A DNA stretch of 64,000 nt from a virus. The notes beneath the pieces are model-generated. The model did no database searches. It saw only the letters and a program-made list of their open reading frames with translations, and had not been told where the DNA came from. The stretch covers positions 19,745 to 83,744 of IMG/VR virus record IMGVR_UViG_3300015245_000002, one strand, 5' to 3'. Position numbers and translations under genes: made by a program. Shown here piece by piece: positions 17,951 through 26,611 of the stretch; the stretch's first letter is position 1, and each line of letters opens with the position of its first letter.

Positions 17951-20016
17951 TGGTCACGATCAGTCGCTTCGTCGGGCTGCTGAAGACGGACGCCGAGGCC
18001 ATTCAGATCGATCTGGATCAATGGCTGGACTCGCTCGCGCTCGAGCCCAGCGAGGACTACTCGGGGCAGTTCTACCATCCCGGTTGGAGCCCGGTGCTCT
18101 ACGACCCGCCGAAACGGGCCGCATCGAACGTGCGCCATGTCTATGCGCTCGTACTTGATCACGATGACGGCGCGACATGGAATTCCCTCGCGACGCTCTG
18201 GCAGCAAAGTGCCGGCGTTATCTACACGACGAAGTCTCACACCGCCGATAAGCCTAGATACCGAGTTATCCTTGCGCTGTCGAGACCTGTGTCCCCACTT
18301 GAGTACGCCAAGATTTGGCGCTGGGGGGCGGATCGCAGCGCCGCCGCGAGTTGCCCCGTGGACGAGCAGTGCAAGGACGTGTCCCGGTTCTGGTATGACC
18401 CCACCACGCCGCCAGGTGGCTGGCGCGCGCAGCGCCTGAGCGGATCCGCGACCGATCCGGACGTTATCCTCGCCGCCGCACCTGCGCCGCCGCAACTTCG
18501 CGTCGTCAGGACTCAGGCCACACCGACACCCGATGACAAGATCCGTCGAGCTCGTGCCTATCTCGCCAAGATCCCCGGCGGAGTCAGTGGTTCATCTGGT
18601 CACACCGCCACGTTCAACGCCGTGGCGGCGGTCCTTCTCGGGTTTGACCTCTCAGAACCAGACGCGCTGCGCTTGATTACCGAGGACTATAATCCGCGCT
18701 GCGATCCACCATGGTCAGAGAAAGATTTACAACACAAGATTTCATCTGCAGCTCAGCGCTGCAAGCGCGAGCGTGGTTATCTGCTCACCGACAGGAGCCG
18801 GGTATCAGACACCAGATCTGCCGCGGCTCAGGCCCCGCAGCCCGCCGAAGATCTGGACGTTGACTGGGCATCAAAACTTCTGGTCTCGGACAAAAATAAG
18901 ACACGCAAGGCATATTACAACACCGCATTATTCGTCAGGCATCACCCAGAGTTCCGCGGCAGATGGTCCATGGATCTAATGACGAGACTGCCCTGGTTCG
19001 ATGACACTGTCATGGATCCGTCGATGGTGCACCATATCCGCGGTCAGGCCGACTGCAGGCTCGGCTACACGCCACCGGCAACCGACGTCGAGGCTGCGAT
19101 CGTATCTGCGGCAATGGATCGCCAGTTTCACCCGATCCGGCAATACCTGCGCTCATTGGACTGGGATGGTGAGCCGCGACTGTCAGCCATGGCACGCGAT
19201 TACTTCGATAGCGATGATGCACTCCACTCCACCATGCTCCGTATGTTCATGATCGGGGCTGCGGCCCGGGCCCTGTGGCCCGGCTGTAAGCATGACACCG
19301 CATTGATGCTGGTCGGCGCTCAGGGCACCCGGAAATCTACGTTTTTCAAGATTCTGGGTGGGTCATGGCACAGTGATACCTATCTAGATCTGGGGAATCA
19401 TCGAGACGCGACCATGCAGCTTCATGGCGCATGGATCTATGAACTGTCTGAGCTCGAAAACGTACTGGCCGGCAAGGCCGAGTCCCGGATGAAGGCCTGG
19501 ACCTCCTCGACTCACGACAATGTCAGACTGCCGTATATGAAGACTACCTCGCAGCTCGCACGCGGCACCGTACTCGCCGGTACCACGAACCGAACCCGGT
19601 TCCTGACCGACGAGACCGGATCGCGACGAAGTTGGATCATCCCGGTTACGGGGATGATCCCGTTTCAACTGCTCGAGTCCTGTCGCGATCAGTTGTGGGC
19701 CGAGGCGTGCGCGGCGGCAGAAGCAGGCGAGCCATGGTGGCTGGACGGATCCGACGACCGCGCGCGCGAGGACCGGAATCAGGCCTATATTGACGAAGAT
19801 TCATGGGAAGAGATTATCGCCCTCTGGACCGTTGGGCGTGAGATCACTTCAATGTCTGAAACACTTTCAGAGGCACTAAAGCTTGATGTAGGTAAACATG
19901 ATAGATCATCGCAGATGAGAGTGGCGAAAGCGCTCAGGAGGTTGGACTGGGTCAGGCGTCGGCGCGGGGGCATTTGGGTGTACGAAAGGACCATTGCCAG
20001 TAACGTGCCATCATGA
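17950..20016 (+). CDS. Primase-helicase: N-terminal primase domain plus VapE-like P-loop NTPase
   Basis: LDHDDG and YTTKSH...RYR primase motifs; YNPRCDPPWSEKDL linker domain; FHPIRQYL..L.WDG, PGCK.D, GAQGTRKST Walker A, GTTN...L.D.TGSRR. Confidence 0.9.
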   Translation: MVTISRFVGLLKTDAEAIQIDLDQWLDSLALEPSEDYSGQFYHPGWSPVLYDPPKRAASNVRHVYALVLDHDDGATWNSLATLWQQSAGVIYTTKSHTADKPRYRVILALSRPVSPLEYAKIWRWGADRSAAASCPVDEQCKDVSRFWYDPTTPPGGWRAQRLSGSATDPDVILAAAPAPPQLRVVRTQATPTPDDKIRRARAYLAKIPGGVSGSSGHTATFNAVAAVLLGFDLSEPDALRLITEDYNPRCDPPWSEKDLQHKISSAAQRCKRERGYLLTDRSRVSDTRSAAAQAPQPAEDLDVDWASKLLVSDKNKTRKAYYNTALFVRHHPEFRGRWSMDLMTRLPWFDDTVMDPSMVHHIRGQADCRLGYTPPATDVEAAIVSAAMDRQFHPIRQYLRSLDWDGEPRLSAMARDYFDSDDALHSTMLRMFMIGAAARALWPGCKHDTALMLVGAQGTRKSTFFKILGGSWHSDTYLDLGNHRDATMQLHGAWIYELSELENVLAGKAESRMKAWTSSTHDNVRLPYMKTTSQLARGTVLAGTTNRTRFLTDETGSRRSWIIPVTGMIPFQLLESCRDQLWAEACAAAEAGEPWWLDGSDDRAREDRNQAYIDEDSWEEIIALWTVGREITSMSETLSEALKLDVGKHDRSSQMRVAKALRRLDWVRRRRGGIWVYERTIASNVPS

Positions 20017-20040
20017 TTGGTAAGACCAATTCACTATATC

Positions 20041-20315
20041 GATCCAACCTAACGCCTAAAAGGTTGGATCAATTGGCTGTTGGGCATGAGGTTGGGCAGG
20101 TCTTCAAGTGCTAATTATGACTAGTCTTTCCGACCCTGATCCAACCTTACCAACCTATATATATATATATATAATAAATATATATAATAGGGGTAGGGGG
20201 TAGAACTCGCGGCCGGGTTGTCAGTAGGTTGGTAAGGTTGGATCAGCAACCAAAACATGAACTAAATCATTAACTTAACATGTGGCCAACGTTGGGCGAA
20301 GGTTAGATCGGTTGG
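20041..20315. promoter_or_regulatory. Putative replication origin (AT tract flanked by iteron inverted repeats)
   Basis: Perfect 22-bp inverted repeat 20136-20157 / 20225-20246 around a (TA)n tract; 10-bp IR 20041-20050 / 20061-20070; repeated CCAACC/GGTTGG; directly after primase-helicase. Confidence 0.75.
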
Positions 20316-20376
20316 TCATGCGTACTAAAACCTACTAGTAGCATTTCACAGTACCGCAAATGAAGGTGACTCACCA

Positions 20377-21036
20377 ATGAACGACAGCGAATCCAACGAC
20401 CAGGACTCGGACCCCGCCGAAAAGGCTTCTGGCTTGCCCGTGGCGCAATTGGAGTTGGACGACCGGCCGCAGGGTTATCCGGCTCCGCGCGAGCTCCTGG
20501 AGCATTTGGTGAAGGAGCCACCGCATCCTGTCACGCACCCCAATAGTGCGCTGATGTGGTCAAATAGGCTACGAGAGCTAGTAGCAGATATGCGTACAAA
20601 TTACGACATGTCACCATCGGAACCAGCCGCACCTTGCACGCTGGACGATCTGCTCGATGCGCAGCAGGCGTTAGGCGTACTCCGAACGGAAGCGCTTGGC
20701 GCTCGCAACGCGCTGGCGCGCGAGCTCGAGCGAATCGACGGAGAGCACTCGTCGAGCCTGACGGATTGCGCGGAGCGAGCCGCGAAGCTGCTGGCCGACG
20801 GCCCGGTGGGCATCGTAAGGCGCTGCGAGACCCTTGGCACCATCCTAGGCGAGATGGTTCGACAGGCCGAGCGCCACGACCTAGGCAACCTGGACGACGA
20901 ATTTGAGCGCGTTGTTTCGACGGCCAGGGAAGCCCTGGCGGCGTCGACGTCTCCGACGCCACGACCGGCCGCATCCGCGAGCTCGAGCACGCACTCGCCG
21001 CGGTGGAGTTCATCGTGGAGTTGCTTACCGAGATGA
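20377..21036 (+). CDS. Hypothetical protein (3' end probably frameshifted)
   Basis: 219-aa ORF with AAGGTG RBS; helical content until about 20950, where protein-like sequence continues in another frame. Confidence 0.5.
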   Translation: MNDSESNDQDSDPAEKASGLPVAQLELDDRPQGYPAPRELLEHLVKEPPHPVTHPNSALMWSNRLRELVADMRTNYDMSPSEPAAPCTLDDLLDAQQALGVLRTEALGARNALARELERIDGEHSSSLTDCAERAAKLLADGPVGIVRRCETLGTILGEMVRQAERHDLGNLDDEFERVVSTAREALAASTSPTPRPAASASSSTHSPRWSSSWSCLPR

Positions 21037-21394
21037 GCCCGGGTGACACGCCACGGAAGGGACGGAACTCGTCGACAGTCTCGACGGCCCCGACCCGGGA
21101 AGCCGTCGATGCCGTCGGTGACGCCCAGTGTGTCTACGCCACCAAACCGGACGGATACACTATCGCGCACGCGCACCGCGTCTGCGGTGCGCGATAGAAA
21201 GCCGCGCACCACCCGCGAGATCGCGCTCGCCGCCAAGGCCATACATCTCTGGGTGAACGAGGGCAGCGTCCCGGCGGCAGTCGCCCGAATGGGCACCATG
21301 GATCCGCCGCTGCAACTCGTTCAACAGGGCGAGAACGATCGGGGGCACCCGCTGTATATCCTAGCTCCGACGGAGACGTCACTATGAACACACG

Positions 21395-21700
21395 AATCCC
21401 GGGCCGCCTCGGCGCGGATCGACGAGAGCAACAGAGGAGGTAAGCCGAGGCCGATGTCCGGAATGGCGAAGCCGCCCTGGCAGGGGCGGCTTCTTGATCG
21501 ACACCGAGGGGTTAGCCTCAGAGGGACCGTCAGTACCCTTGAGGCTAGCGCGTTGCCGCTCCTCGGTCAACTACAGTGGCACGAAGAGGTAACTGGACAA
21601 ATGCGCGTCAAATAGCTGAAAGCAGAGCGGGCTCCGATTCGTCGGGGCCCTCTCTGCTTTCGGTCGGCGCGATCCCGGGGTGGTCGGCGATCACGCCATG
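21395..21700. ncRNA. Candidate structured non-coding RNA / multi-hairpin element
   Basis: Five consecutive stem-loops in an intergenic gap between convergent operons (see finding). Confidence 0.4.
21618..21661. terminator. Strong hairpin, probable bidirectional terminator
   Basis: GAAAGCAGAG.GGGCTCCGA-TTCG-TCGGGGCCC.CTCTGCTTTC between convergent genes. Confidence 0.6.
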
Positions 21701-21708
21701 GCTTCGGC

Positions 21709-22005
21709 TCAGCGCGAGCGCTTGCCGCCGCGAGCCGCCGCGAGCTGCGCCGTCAACTCCTCGTCCCGCTCCAGCACGCCCTGTGCGCGCTCGGAGGTCT
21801 TGGAGACGAGCGTGTACAGCCGCTTCAGGGTCCGCTTGTGCTTCCCCGTCGGGGTCACGGGCAGGTTCGTTACCGCTTCGTCGGCGGTGACCGCAAGGGC
21901 CTCGATCTCGACGAGGCCATCGTAGACCAGCGAGATCGTCGTCAGGATCTCGGGGTCCAGGTTGTGGGGTGGCACGTGGTACACCGTACGAATATATTCG
22001 CGCAA
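21709..22005 (-). CDS. Hypothetical helical protein
   Basis: 98-aa ORF; exact start uncertain. Confidence 0.5.
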   Translation of the reverse strand: MREYIRTVYHVPPHNLDPEILTTISLVYDGLVEIEALAVTADEAVTNLPVTPTGKHKRTLKRLYTLVSKTSERAQGVLERDEELTAQLAAARGGKRSR

Positions 22006-22026
22006 CGGGGAGGGGGTCGGCGCGGT

Positions 22027-22353
22027 TCAGATCCGCAGCACGGCCTTCGGCCGGACACGCCATTCGCCATCCGGCAGTTGATCGAAATCTCCGCTGAGGT
22101 ATCCGAGATCCACATCGACTGCATCGACGCGAGTCACATGCCACGTACTATCGCGCTCGTCGAGCACGCGACACATGTCGCCGACCCGCCACCCGCCAAC
22201 GGGATGCGCCCTGATGTCGCCGAGCCCAACGGTCATGCTCGTCATCGCGAGATCGAATAGCTCGGCGGTAAGATCGCCGGTGATCCTGGCATCGAACCAG
22301 TGAGCGCCCTCGCGGAGCCGTACCTGTACTACCTGTCCAATTTCGTAGCTCAT
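22027..22353 (-). CDS. Tandem SH3/Tudor-like small beta-barrel protein
   Basis: YEIGQVVQV...W..ARI and WRVGDMCRV...WHVTRV repeats; AAGGT RBS. Confidence 0.55.
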   Translation of the reverse strand: MSYEIGQVVQVRLREGAHWFDARITGDLTAELFDLAMTSMTVGLGDIRAHPVGGWRVGDMCRVLDERDSTWHVTRVDAVDVDLGYLSGDFDQLPDGEWRVRPKAVLRI

Positions 22354-22440
22354 AATTTTACCTTCCCGCCGCTCCCGCGGCGATTCAAAAACAGATGACG
22401 ACAGGAATCTGTGAAACGGGGTCCTGTCGTCGGATACGGA

Positions 22441-22683
22441 TCAGATCCGCGCGACCTTGGCGCCGAGAACCATCAGTTGGTGGGCCTCTTCCGAGGTCAG
22501 CCAGCGCTCCTCGGTGTAGGGCGAGATCCGCGCTGCGTTCCAACGCTCGGCTGCATCGAGCTTTGCCTCGATGGCCTCTGACTCGACGTAGTACGGCCCC
22601 CATCCGACTAGACCGCCCATCCAATGCTGCTCCGGCGAGGTCCGTATGGCGAGATGCCAGACCGTGACGAGATACTTATTCAC
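22441..22683 (-). CDS. Hypothetical phage protein
   Basis: GTG 22683 overlapping upstream stop; GGAGGG RBS. Confidence 0.5.
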   Translation of the reverse strand: MNKYLVTVWHLAIRTSPEQHWMGGLVGWGPYYVESEAIEAKLDAAERWNAARISPYTEERWLTSEEAHQLMVLGAKVARI

Positions 22684-22943
22684 GTGATCCCTCCGATCAC
22701 GGCCGAGCACTTAGGCTCGGTCCGGTCAGTGACATCGGCCCAGTCGGCCATCTCCACCGTGCCATAGATGTAATTGTTGGCTCCCGGCGTGGAGGTGTGA
22801 ATCCGGCTGTCCAGGGCGACGACGCGATAGACCTCGCCGTCGTTCCCCGCAACGAAGTCCCCTACGTCGGGGAACCCGTTTCCCCGCTCGTGGATGGTTG
22901 AACTGACTGCGCTGAGTGCTTCATATCCGTCCGTGATCGTCAT
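22680..22943 (-). CDS. Hypothetical leaderless early protein
   Basis: ATG 22943 six nt after consensus -10 box. Confidence 0.65.
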   Translation of the reverse strand: MTITDGYEALSAVSSTIHERGNGFPDVGDFVAGNDGEVYRVVALDSRIHTSTPGANNYIYGTVEMADWADVTDRTEPKCSAVIGGIT

Positions 22944-22949
22944 GTTGTT

Positions 22950-22978
22950 ACTGTACGTACAGAAGTGCCCGGTGTCAA
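22950..22978 (-). promoter_or_regulatory. Strong sigma70-type leaderless promoter with palindrome
   Basis: TTGACA-17-TACAGT-6-ATG; palindrome CTGTACGTACAG 22951-22962. Confidence 0.8.
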
Positions 22979-23068
22979 GCCCGATCTCTCCCCACGAGTG
23001 ACGCCGTGTGCACCGCCGGCGGAGGAGAGGATCCGCGGGGCACGGCGTCACGCCTAGGGAGGGATCGG

Positions 23069-23419
23069 TCATAGCCAATGCATGCAAGCGGCCAGACCGC
23101 TAACGGCCGCGAGCAGCAGCGCTGCGTTACGCGCGGCGTCGCGGAGCGCAGAGCGGTGATGGGGTAGGGGCGTAACTGCCAGCACGACCTGCTCCGGCGC
23201 CGTGTACGCGGGTGCCTCGGTCCGCAGGTGCAGCTCGCGGCGGCGCGCGTAGATCGCCAGGTCGGGGAGCGTCGCGGCCCACACCTCGGCCGCGTTGCGG
23301 GTGTCGATCTCGACCGACCGGACGCGTGGCGCAGGATAGACGCGCACCTGGATCTCGTCGCCCGGGAGTTCGAGCGCGTCTAGCCAACGCGGGCTGTTGC
23401 GGGTGGTGGCCTTACTCAC
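23069..23419 (-). CDS. Hypothetical protein with C-terminal TM helix
   Basis: 116-aa ORF, GTGA overlap. Confidence 0.5.
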   Translation of the reverse strand: MSKATTRNSPRWLDALELPGDEIQVRVYPAPRVRSVEIDTRNAAEVWAATLPDLAIYARRRELHLRTEAPAYTAPEQVVLAVTPLPHHRSALRDAARNAALLLAAVSGLAACMHWL

Positions 23420-23781
23420 GGGTCACGTCCGATCAGCGCAATGGCCTCGCACGTGAAGAACATAGCGCCGATGTCGGCCTCCGGCTGCGTCGGCTCGGGC
23501 GCCTCGGCATACCTGAGTTGCGCAGCGTCGACATCGATGCGCCGCTGTTCCAAGATGCGATCCTCACACCAGTTGCGGGCCTCCTCCGCGGTCATTGCGA
23601 GGATCTCCGTGAGGCGTTCGGGCGCAATCGTGGCGCCCGAGCTCGTCCAATAGTCGAGGACACTCCTTGACGCCAGCACCATGAGTCGGTGCTCCTCGCA
23701 GTCAAGAGCAAACGCATGGATGTCATCGTCGGTGATGGTGTCGTGCCACACGCACGGGTCCCGAGTCGGTAGCCAAGTCAT
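23416..23781 (-). CDS. Hypothetical phage protein
   Basis: 121-aa ORF, AGGA RBS. Confidence 0.55.
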   Translation of the reverse strand: MTWLPTRDPCVWHDTITDDDIHAFALDCEEHRLMVLASRSVLDYWTSSGATIAPERLTEILAMTAEEARNWCEDRILEQRRIDVDAAQLRYAEAPEPTQPEADIGAMFFTCEAIALIGRDP

Positions 23782-23787
23782 GATTTC

Positions 23788-24006
23788 CTAGACTTTGGCC
23801 GCGATGAGCAGATCACCGCGCCGGGTGACCAGTTGCGTGCGCTCCATCAGGTTGATCATGCTCTCATACCCGGCGAGAGAGTCGAACGCGGGCATCATCT
23901 CGGCATAGAGATGGCCGCTCGGTTTGCCGCTCGCTCCAGCGGACGCAACGATGGTGTATGCAATGCGGATAAGGTCGATGACTGCGGATGCTTGCGCGTT
24001 CGTCAT
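23788..24006 (-). CDS. Small winged-helix-like protein
   Basis: G.PSGHLYA.MM......YE.MI..M....LV.RRG.LL; AGGA RBS. Confidence 0.55.
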   Translation of the reverse strand: MTNAQASAVIDLIRIAYTIVASAGASGKPSGHLYAEMMPAFDSLAGYESMINLMERTQLVTRRGDLLIAAKV

Positions 24007-24024
24007 GATGTCCTGTAGTTATGG

Positions 24025-24270
24025 TTACGATGCGCAGTCGTAGCAGCGGCAGTCGCTGCGGTCGGTGCAGTAGCCCGCGTACCCCTTCACTGCGGCTGCG
24101 GATCCGTGACCGCGTCCGAGGGTGCTCGATTGCGGGCGCGGAGTCTGTCCGGCATGGATCCGGCATCGCACCTGCCAGCCCGTCGTCGTCTTGGTTGCTG
24201 TACCCGCTGCTGCTGCCACCGAGCACGAGCAGACCGAGCATCGACCGGGGTACTTGTTTGCGATCGTCAT
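24025..24270 (-). CDS. Cys-rich Zn-binding protein
   Basis: NKYPGRCSVC...C..H and C-terminal CTDRSDCRCYDC; leaderless after TTGCGC-17-TACAAC. Confidence 0.65.
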   Translation of the reverse strand: MTIANKYPGRCSVCSCSVAAAAGTATKTTTGWQVRCRIHAGQTPRPQSSTLGRGHGSAAAVKGYAGYCTDRSDCRCYDCAS

Positions 24271-24357
24271 GTTGAAAGTTGTAATGCACGTTCGCCCCGC
24301 GCGCAAGCGAAATCTTTGGCCTTGCGTAACGGTCGCGGATGCATTACGGTTTTCAAC
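24271..24357. promoter_or_regulatory. Symmetric divergent promoter pair
   Basis: Left TTGCGC-17-TACAAC, right TTGCGT-17-TACGGT; 18-bp inverted repeat TGCATTACnnnTTTCAAC at 24271-24288 / 24340-24357. Confidence 0.68.
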
Positions 24358-24468
24358 GATGAGACTACAGAAGCAGGTCCAACGCGCGCAGCTGACTGAC
24401 TGGTCGCTGGCTGTCACCGCTTGGGCGATTACCTCGGCGATTGGTGCTGCGATCGGCTGGGCGGCGCT

Positions 24469-24666
24469 GTGAGCCACGGCGGTTCTCGCCGTGGAAGCGG
24501 GCGCGGCAAGCTCGGAGACGACAAGCTGACCGCGGTCATCGCGGCGACACGGCTCACTAGCGGTGAGCGGCAACTCATCGAGGAAGCTGCGGCTCAGGAA
24601 GGGTTGAGCCTCGCTGGGGCGGTGCGGCGGGCATTGGCAGAATGGGTGCAGAGGGTGCTGAAATGA
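24469..24666 (+). CDS. Ribbon-helix-helix DNA-binding protein
   Basis: HGGSRRGSGR N-arm; RLTSGERQLIEEAAAQEGLSLAGAVRRAL. Confidence 0.72.
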   Translation: MSHGGSRRGSGRGKLGDDKLTAVIAATRLTSGERQLIEEAAAQEGLSLAGAVRRALAEWVQRVLK

Positions 24667-25088
24667 GGACATGGATGATGTACGCGCATTGCAACGCGCG
24701 CGGCCAACTGATGCATATCGGCACTCGTCGGTTCGTAGAGCTTCACGATCTGCCAGATCCGATTGTCCCGGTCCTAGTTGAGGAAATCGAAGGCGATCCG
24801 AAGACGCCAGAGGTCACTCACTATGGCTGGCAGGAATTCGACCGGCCGCACGGAGCAGACAAAGGCTTACCTTGCATGATCCAGGTCCGGTGCGGATCGA
24901 CCGAACAACAATTGCAGATGCCGTGGATGATTCTCAACATATGCTTCCCATATGGCATGAAGTTGGAGGTTGATCATGGTAGCGGTCGCATGCTCGCGCT
25001 GAGAATTACAGAGAGGACTGAGGATGAAGACTTCGCTCGCGCGTTCGAGCATTGGAAGCGCCGCATCGCGGCAGGAGGTGACGAGTGA
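24663..25088 (+). CDS. Hypothetical phage protein
   Basis: ATGA overlap with RHH gene. Confidence 0.55.
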   Translation: MRTWMMYAHCNARGQLMHIGTRRFVELHDLPDPIVPVLVEEIEGDPKTPEVTHYGWQEFDRPHGADKGLPCMIQVRCGSTEQQLQMPWMILNICFPYGMKLEVDHGSGRMLALRITERTEDEDFARAFEHWKRRIAAGGDE

Positions 25089-25318
25089 CTGAGGACGAAA
25101 TCCAGGAGCGCTTGAAGATTTGTCAGGCGCTGCTCGCGAGCATCACGGCGACCAACCCGAATGAGGTTCTGGTTACGATACTCGATCAACTCGTCGAGCT
25201 GTCGTGCGGCGCCAACCCGGCGCTCAGGAGTCTGATGAGAATGAAATTCTACGAGGCCGTTTGCGAGAAACTGAGCCGCAACTTGTTCCCGCGACTGGGC
25301 GAAAGGAGTGAGTCGTGA
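25085..25318 (+). CDS. Hypothetical phage protein
   Basis: AGGAGG RBS, GTGA overlap. Confidence 0.55.
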   Translation: MTEDEIQERLKICQALLASITATNPNEVLVTILDQLVELSCGANPALRSLMRMKFYEAVCEKLSRNLFPRLGERSES

Positions 25319-25851
25319 TCTACGCGGTGATCTACGAGGTGATCTACGAGGTAGGCGAGCTGGTGCAGGCGAATACCGGCGAGTGGAAGATCGGAGATGA
25401 GTGCTGGGCGACGAGTCCATTCTCTCGTTACCCGGCGGGGGAACCACGATTCGGTGTTATCGCTGAGGTCGCCGCCGAGCGCATCTCCGTTCGTTTCAGC
25501 GACGACTGTGTTTCGCATTACTACGATGACACCTTCCACAGATTGAGCCGCGTGGCGCCGCCTCCGGTATGCGAGGTTCTTCTCATCGAGAAGGTGCCAC
25601 CATCTGATCCGCTCGACGCAGTCATCTCGCCCGGCGACACGCTGCGCGCACTTCTCGCGGTCGATCGTTTCAACCAACGAGAAGCCGACGATTGCCCGAT
25701 CCGTCTCACCGCCATTCAGCGCGTAGCGGTGTCGTCTCACCGCTCCGCCGAGTTCCGCGCTCTCGTCGCCGCGGGCCCATCGGTCGACGCCGCTCGCTGG
25801 CGCAAGGATCAGCAGCCCAGCGTGTGGCTGGACTGCGCGGAGGACATGTGA
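25315..25851 (+). CDS. Hypothetical protein with 12-bp tandem repeat at its start
   Basis: (GTGATCTACGMG)x3 at 25315-25350; AAGGAG RBS. Confidence 0.55.
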   Translation: MIYAVIYEVIYEVGELVQANTGEWKIGDECWATSPFSRYPAGEPRFGVIAEVAAERISVRFSDDCVSHYYDDTFHRLSRVAPPPVCEVLLIEKVPPSDPLDAVISPGDTLRALLAVDRFNQREADDCPIRLTAIQRVAVSSHRSAEFRALVAAGPSVDAARWRKDQQPSVWLDCAEDM

Positions 25852-26216
25852 CCGCGCTCTGCACCCACGGCGAGCCGCTGTGCCCTCACGGCGACTGCGC
25901 AGCGCGCTGCACACCATGCCTGATCGCGCCGTGGAACTGGCGGGCTGCCGAGAAGCTGGCCGCGCGCTGGAGTCCGCTACTGGATGCAGCAGCGCTGCTG
26001 CTTGTGAACATGGGCTACACTGCCCGCGTGACGCAGGTGGTGCAGTCTGATGGCATTGGCGGTCGCCGCGTACTCGTGCTTGATGCGGTCGAGAAAGACG
26101 GACGCATCGTCGGCGGACGCGAGGTCTTCGAGGTCGTCACCGCCGTAGAGCAGGTGGACTGGACGTTCACGTTCACGCACACGTTGAAGTGGCTGTGGCG
26201 GGAGGTGACCCCGTGA
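25848..26216 (+). CDS. Hypothetical phage protein
   Basis: GTG overlap, C-x-H/C-x-x-C N-terminus. Confidence 0.45.
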   Translation: MTALCTHGEPLCPHGDCAARCTPCLIAPWNWRAAEKLAARWSPLLDAAALLLVNMGYTARVTQVVQSDGIGGRRVLVLDAVEKDGRIVGGREVFEVVTAVEQVDWTFTFTHTLKWLWREVTP

Positions 26217-26611
26217 ACTGTCCTGCCTGTGGCACGCCGATCCCAAGGGTCGTCAAGCCGACCCCATGCCGCAACATCGATTGCAAGAACCAGTACGCGG
26301 CAGTGTGGGCGGTCGCATCGGCGTCGGCATATAAGCTTACTGTGCAGTTGGACACCGACGTGCATGCTGTACGTCAGCGGTTGCCACGCCGTGTGAACAT
26401 GGTTCTTGAGTGGTTCCGTGATGCGTGGGAATGCTGGACGTTGAACCTAGTGCGACCAGACGTAGGATGGAAGCTGGACATGGAGAAAACCATGGTGGTT
26501 CAGATCGCAGATTTCAGCCCGGCTCGTGATTCGGTGGCGGGCACCACCTCCGACACGCCGGTGTTCCGGCCGACGACGCGGGTGCAAGGTCTCACGAGCA
26601 ACTTTCCGTGA
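26213..26611 (+). CDS. Hypothetical Zn-ribbon protein
   Basis: MNCPACG...CRNIDC; GGAGG RBS. Confidence 0.5.
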   Translation: MNCPACGTPIPRVVKPTPCRNIDCKNQYAAVWAVASASAYKLTVQLDTDVHAVRQRLPRRVNMVLEWFRDAWECWTLNLVRPDVGWKLDMEKTMVVQIADFSPARDSVAGTTSDTPVFRPTTRVQGLTSNFP

